64,000 nucleotides of DNA from Nitrosopumilaceae archaeon (GTDB taxonomy: Archaea; Thermoproteota; Nitrososphaeria; Nitrososphaerales; Nitrosopumilaceae): assembly GCA_965208905.1 (NCBI GenBank), contig OZ242365.1, positions 640,001 to 704,000 of the forward strand, read 5' to 3'. Positions 60,419-64,000 of the stretch are shown here, piece by piece; within the stretch, counting starts at the first letter, position 1; the number at the start of each line of letters is the position of its first letter. Both the position numbers and the translations under genes were made by a program. The notes beneath the pieces were generated by a model. It was not told the DNA's origin and searched no databases. It saw only the letters and a list, made by a program, of their open reading frames with translations.

Positions 60419-63400
60419 TCAACTGTCGGAGCCATCACCCGTGGAAATCTGCAGTATCTGAACTCCCCCGTCCGCATGCGAGGCCACGGCTGCGTAGGTA
60501 TGGCCGTCGGACTGAAATATTACAACATCCCGCGCATCAGAGAGGGGCCGGAACATTTGGTCTGCAATGGCATAAACCGGCACAATACTGTGTGGATCTG
60601 TCAGATCTAGTATCTGCACCCCGTCTGGTGACGTGACGGCTGCGTACGTATGGCCATCCGATTCAAAGACGGCAATACCAAATGCGCCAGACAAAAGCAG
60701 GCCTGAGTTATCAGATATACTGCCAGCTGGAACTATACCATACGGGTTGCTCAGATCCAGTATCTGCACTCCATTATGGCCCAGTGACGTGACGGCTGCG
60801 TACGTATGACCATCCGACTCAAAGACGGCAATACCAAATGCGCCACCATACCTAGAACCAGTATGATGTATTAAACTGCTGGCAAGGGTGATGTTGTATG
60901 GGTCGGTCAGGTCAATTATACATACACTATCGTTGAATGAGACGACCCCCGCATACGTACGGCCATCTATCTCAAAGATGGTAACATCACGAGCACCACC
61001 CAAGAGCGGGCTAGTATCGGCTCCGATACCACCAGCTGAGATTATGTTGTATGGGTCGGTCAGATCCAGGATCTGGATACCCTCAAATGATCCAGTAGCT
61101 GCATATGTCCTCTCGCCAGATACAAAGGTGGTGACCGCCACCACGCCAGATAAGAGCAGTTGTTCATCATCAGTAATGTGGCTTGCTACCACAATCCCGT
61201 ATGGATTTGTCGTATCAAGCACGATCACGGTGTCCGTGTTAGGGAAGGCAGTAGCTGCATATGTACGATCTTTTGATGCAAATGTATCCACACCATATGC
61301 CCCGCCGGGTCTCAACATATGGTTATACATGAGGCTATCTGCAGCGGCAATATTGTATATATCAGTAAGATCAAGCATCTGTATACCTTCATCCGAGGTA
61401 ACCGTAACGTATGTACTGCCATCTGACTCAAAGACGGCCAGGCCGCGCGCACCAGATATCACAGGATCCACATCATCGGTGATTACATCAACTGGAATGA
61501 TGTTGTGCGTATCGGCCAGGTCGAATGTCCAGACACTGTTGGCGCCCAGAGATGCAACCGCAGCATATATGCGGCCATCTGAGTCGAATATGTCAATACC
61601 GCTCCCCACATCCAAAAGGGGTACTGTGCCCCCATCGATACTACCTGCTGGTATGATATTGTACGGATCAGTCAGATCAAGTATCTGTATGCCATCCTCA
61701 TAATAGGATGTGACTACTGCAAAAGTGCGACCATTCGATCCGAAGATGGCCGCATCATGTGCCCCCGATAGGATAAGGGCCGCATTGTCGGTGATGCCGC
61801 TGGTAGGCACAATATTGTATGGATCAGTCAGATCAAGCACCTGTACGCCATCCTCGTAATCAGGAGGACGGAAGCTGCCCGTATCATAGGATGATGTAAC
61901 CAACGCATACGTTCGGCCACCTGTTTCAAAGACAGAGATATCCCATGCGCGATCAAGATTTAGCATTTCATTATCCTCAATAATGCCGGCGGTGGTTATG
62001 TTGTACGGATCCGACAGATCCAGTGTCTGGACATCACCGTTATATCCTGCAACGGCTGCATATGTACGATCGCCAGATTCAAACGTATCAATTGTCTTTG
62101 CAGAATAGATAATGTTACTTGCTCCATAGGCTATTTGGCCAGCCAGGGTTATGTTGTACGGATCTGACATATCAAGCACTTGGACACCCTGGTTTGATGA
62201 TGTAACGGCAGCATAGATATTCCCATCTACTCTAAATACTGCAATATCCTTGGCGTTGGAGACAAGTGCGTCCTCAGTATTGGCTACAATGCCTGCAGGG
62301 ATGATATTGTATGGGTTTGTAATGTCGAGTGCCTGCACCCCGCCGAATGACGTGACTGTGGCCGCATATGTGCGATTACCCGATTCAAAGACCACAAGTT
62401 CTGATACAAACAAACGAAGGCCCGAGTCATTAGATATTGTACCAGCAGCTGTAATGGCATATGGATCAGTCAGGTCGAGTATCTGGAGGCTGCCTTGTCG
62501 ATCCTCGGACAATACGGCTGCGTATGTCCGGTTAGCCATACTGTATACCGCCACATCTACGGGACGGTGTAGGCGGAGTGTTACATCATTAGCCCCACCG
62601 GCAGGCACTATGTTATCTGGATCAGTAAGATCAAGTATCTGGACACCGTCATCCCCATATGCTGCAACGACCGCATATGTGCGGCCAGCCGATTGGAATG
62701 CCATGATACCAAACGGCTCTGACAGAGAGAGGATATCATCGTCGGCTATATTGCCGGCAGGCGTTACATTGTACGGATCAGTAAGATCAAGTATCTGGAC
62801 ACCGTCATCCCCAGGCGCAGTAACGGCGGCATATGTGCGGCCAGCCGATTGGAATGTGGTAATTCCCCTTGCACCATTTAGCAGAGTATCACTCTCGTCT
62901 GCCAGGTCACCAACAGAGATCACATTGTACGGATCAGTAAGATCAAGTATCTGGACACCGTTATCATAGTATGCCGTAACTGCAGCATATGTGCGGCCAG
63001 CCGACTGGAATGCGGCAATTCTTACTGCACCATCTAACAGAGTATCGCCCTCGTCTACCAGGTCGCTAACAGGGATCACATTGTACGGATCAGTAAGATC
63101 AAGTATCTGGACACCGTCATCCCCAGGCGCAGTAACGGCGGCATATGTGCGGCCAGCCGATTGGAATGTCATGACGCCACGCGGCTTTAACAGAGAGAGG
63201 ATATCATCGTCGGCTATATTGCCGGCAGGCGTTACATTGTACGGATCAGTAAGATCAAGTATCTGGACACCGTCATCATTGTATGCTGTAACTGCAGCAT
63301 ATGTGCGGCCAGCCGATTGGAATGTGGCTATATCATATGCGCCAGACAAAAACAGCGCATCATCATCGGCCAGATTGCCGGCAGGCGTTACATTGTACGG

Positions 63401-63913
63401 ATCAGTAAGATCAAGTATCTGGATGCCACCGTCATATTCTGCAACGACGGCGTATGTGCGGCCATCTGCCACAAGTGTGGCAATGGACAGCGCACCGGAC
63501 AAGCGTAAGTCATCATTATCCGTTATACTTCCAAGAGAGGTGATACCATATGGGTGTGTTATATCGAGTATCTGGACACTATTGTCACGGTATGATGTCA
63601 CAGCCGCATATGTGCGACCATCTGACTCAAATAATGCTATGTCAAATGCGCCTTCGAGGGACAACGTATCACCCTTGGAGATGCTGCCCGCATACCCTAT
63701 ATGGATATCACCAGCGAAGATTCCGACATGCAGAGCCTGTGTGACAGATGCCATGTCTGCATAAGCGTATTGGGATGGCCATGTGAATGTAGATGCCTCG
63801 GACTCATGCCCCACGCCCAACAATCCAGTGGTGGGCTCCATTGAGAGTGCCGATACGGTCAATACTACAAGGGTTCCTACTGCAAGCACGTGGGTTCCCG
63901 CACCTACACACAT
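60419..63913 (-). CDS. Large LVIVD-repeat (beta-propeller) surface protein
   Basis: N-terminal hydrophobic segment; about 22 repeats of about 50 aa (F.S.GRTYAAVT...DGVQILDLTDPYNI..AG). Confidence 0.85.
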   Translation of the reverse strand: MCVGAGTHVLAVGTLVVLTVSALSMEPTTGLLGVGHESEASTFTWPSQYAYADMASVTQALHVGIFAGDIHIGYAGSISKGDTLSLEGAFDIALFESDGRTYAAVTSYRDNSVQILDITHPYGITSLGSITDNDDLRLSGALSIATLVADGRTYAVVAEYDGGIQILDLTDPYNVTPAGNLADDDALFLSGAYDIATFQSAGRTYAAVTAYNDDGVQILDLTDPYNVTPAGNIADDDILSLLKPRGVMTFQSAGRTYAAVTAPGDDGVQILDLTDPYNVIPVSDLVDEGDTLLDGAVRIAAFQSAGRTYAAVTAYYDNGVQILDLTDPYNVISVGDLADESDTLLNGARGITTFQSAGRTYAAVTAPGDDGVQILDLTDPYNVTPAGNIADDDILSLSEPFGIMAFQSAGRTYAVVAAYGDDGVQILDLTDPDNIVPAGGANDVTLRLHRPVDVAVYSMANRTYAAVLSEDRQGSLQILDLTDPYAITAAGTISNDSGLRLFVSELVVFESGNRTYAATVTSFGGVQALDITNPYNIIPAGIVANTEDALVSNAKDIAVFRVDGNIYAAVTSSNQGVQVLDMSDPYNITLAGQIAYGASNIIYSAKTIDTFESGDRTYAAVAGYNGDVQTLDLSDPYNITTAGIIEDNEMLNLDRAWDISVFETGGRTYALVTSSYDTGSFRPPDYEDGVQVLDLTDPYNIVPTSGITDNAALILSGAHDAAIFGSNGRTFAVVTSYYEDGIQILDLTDPYNIIPAGSIDGGTVPLLDVGSGIDIFDSDGRIYAAVASLGANSVWTFDLADTHNIIPVDVITDDVDPVISGARGLAVFESDGSTYVTVTSDEGIQMLDLTDIYNIAAADSLMYNHMLRPGGAYGVDTFASKDRTYAATAFPNTDTVIVLDTTNPYGIVVASHITDDEQLLLSGVVAVTTFVSGERTYAATGSFEGIQILDLTDPYNIISAGGIGADTSPLLGGARDVTIFEIDGRTYAGVVSFNDSVCIIDLTDPYNITLASSLIHHTGSRYGGAFGIAVFESDGHTYAAVTSLGHNGVQILDLSNPYGIVPAGSISDNSGLLLSGAFGIAVFESDGHTYAAVTSPDGVQILDLTDPHSIVPVYAIADQMFRPLSDARDVVIFQSDGHTYAAVASHADGGVQILQISTGDGSDS

Positions 63914-64000
63914 TACACATCACTCCAGAGGACGACGATACATGATGTATATCGTTCCCCAGTCTGTGCTTGACGCTTCTCAGGGGAGCTGATGCAAGAA

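Noticed and set aside
60888-63764. Long + strand ORFs (271, 239, 257 aa) and similar antisense ORFs elsewhere
   Set aside because: They are antisense shadows of real genes and repeats, with no independent motifs

Overview
Archaeal chromosome segment from an ammonia-oxidising Nitrososphaerota (Nitrosopumilaceae-like). Markers are TBP, thermosome, KEOPS Kae1/Bud32, L44e/S27e, 4-hydroxybutyryl-CoA dehydratase of the 3HP/4HB cycle and cobalamin genes. Large repeat-rich surface proteins and many IS elements suggest a host-associated lineage (inference). A ~17 kb accessory/defence island (about 3.9-20.8 kb) sits between a CopC/CopD fusion and ychF. It contains an orphan DNA methyltransferase, IS remnants, a DNA phosphorothioation operon dndB-C-D-E-A, a divergent DUF262-DUF1524 (GmrSD/SspE-like) gene, a 2OG-Fe(II) oxygenase coupled to a small gene, and an HD-hydrolase/YwgA-like pair. 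dndB is split by an IS3 and is also out of frame at a G12 tract. The most unexpected element is a 2131-bp IS1595-family element (35271-37401, 24-bp TIRs, 8-bp TSD). It carries as cargo a hairpin-rich region and an intact tRNA cloverleaf with a serine-type body (long variable arm, G73) but a leucine CAA anticodon. Also present are an IS481 with a 16-bp target duplication, two MITE-like elements, three tandem thrombospondin type-3-repeat proteins and a large LVIVD-repeat protein. No CRISPR array or rRNA was seen. All calls come from manual reading and motif recognition; no database searches were run.
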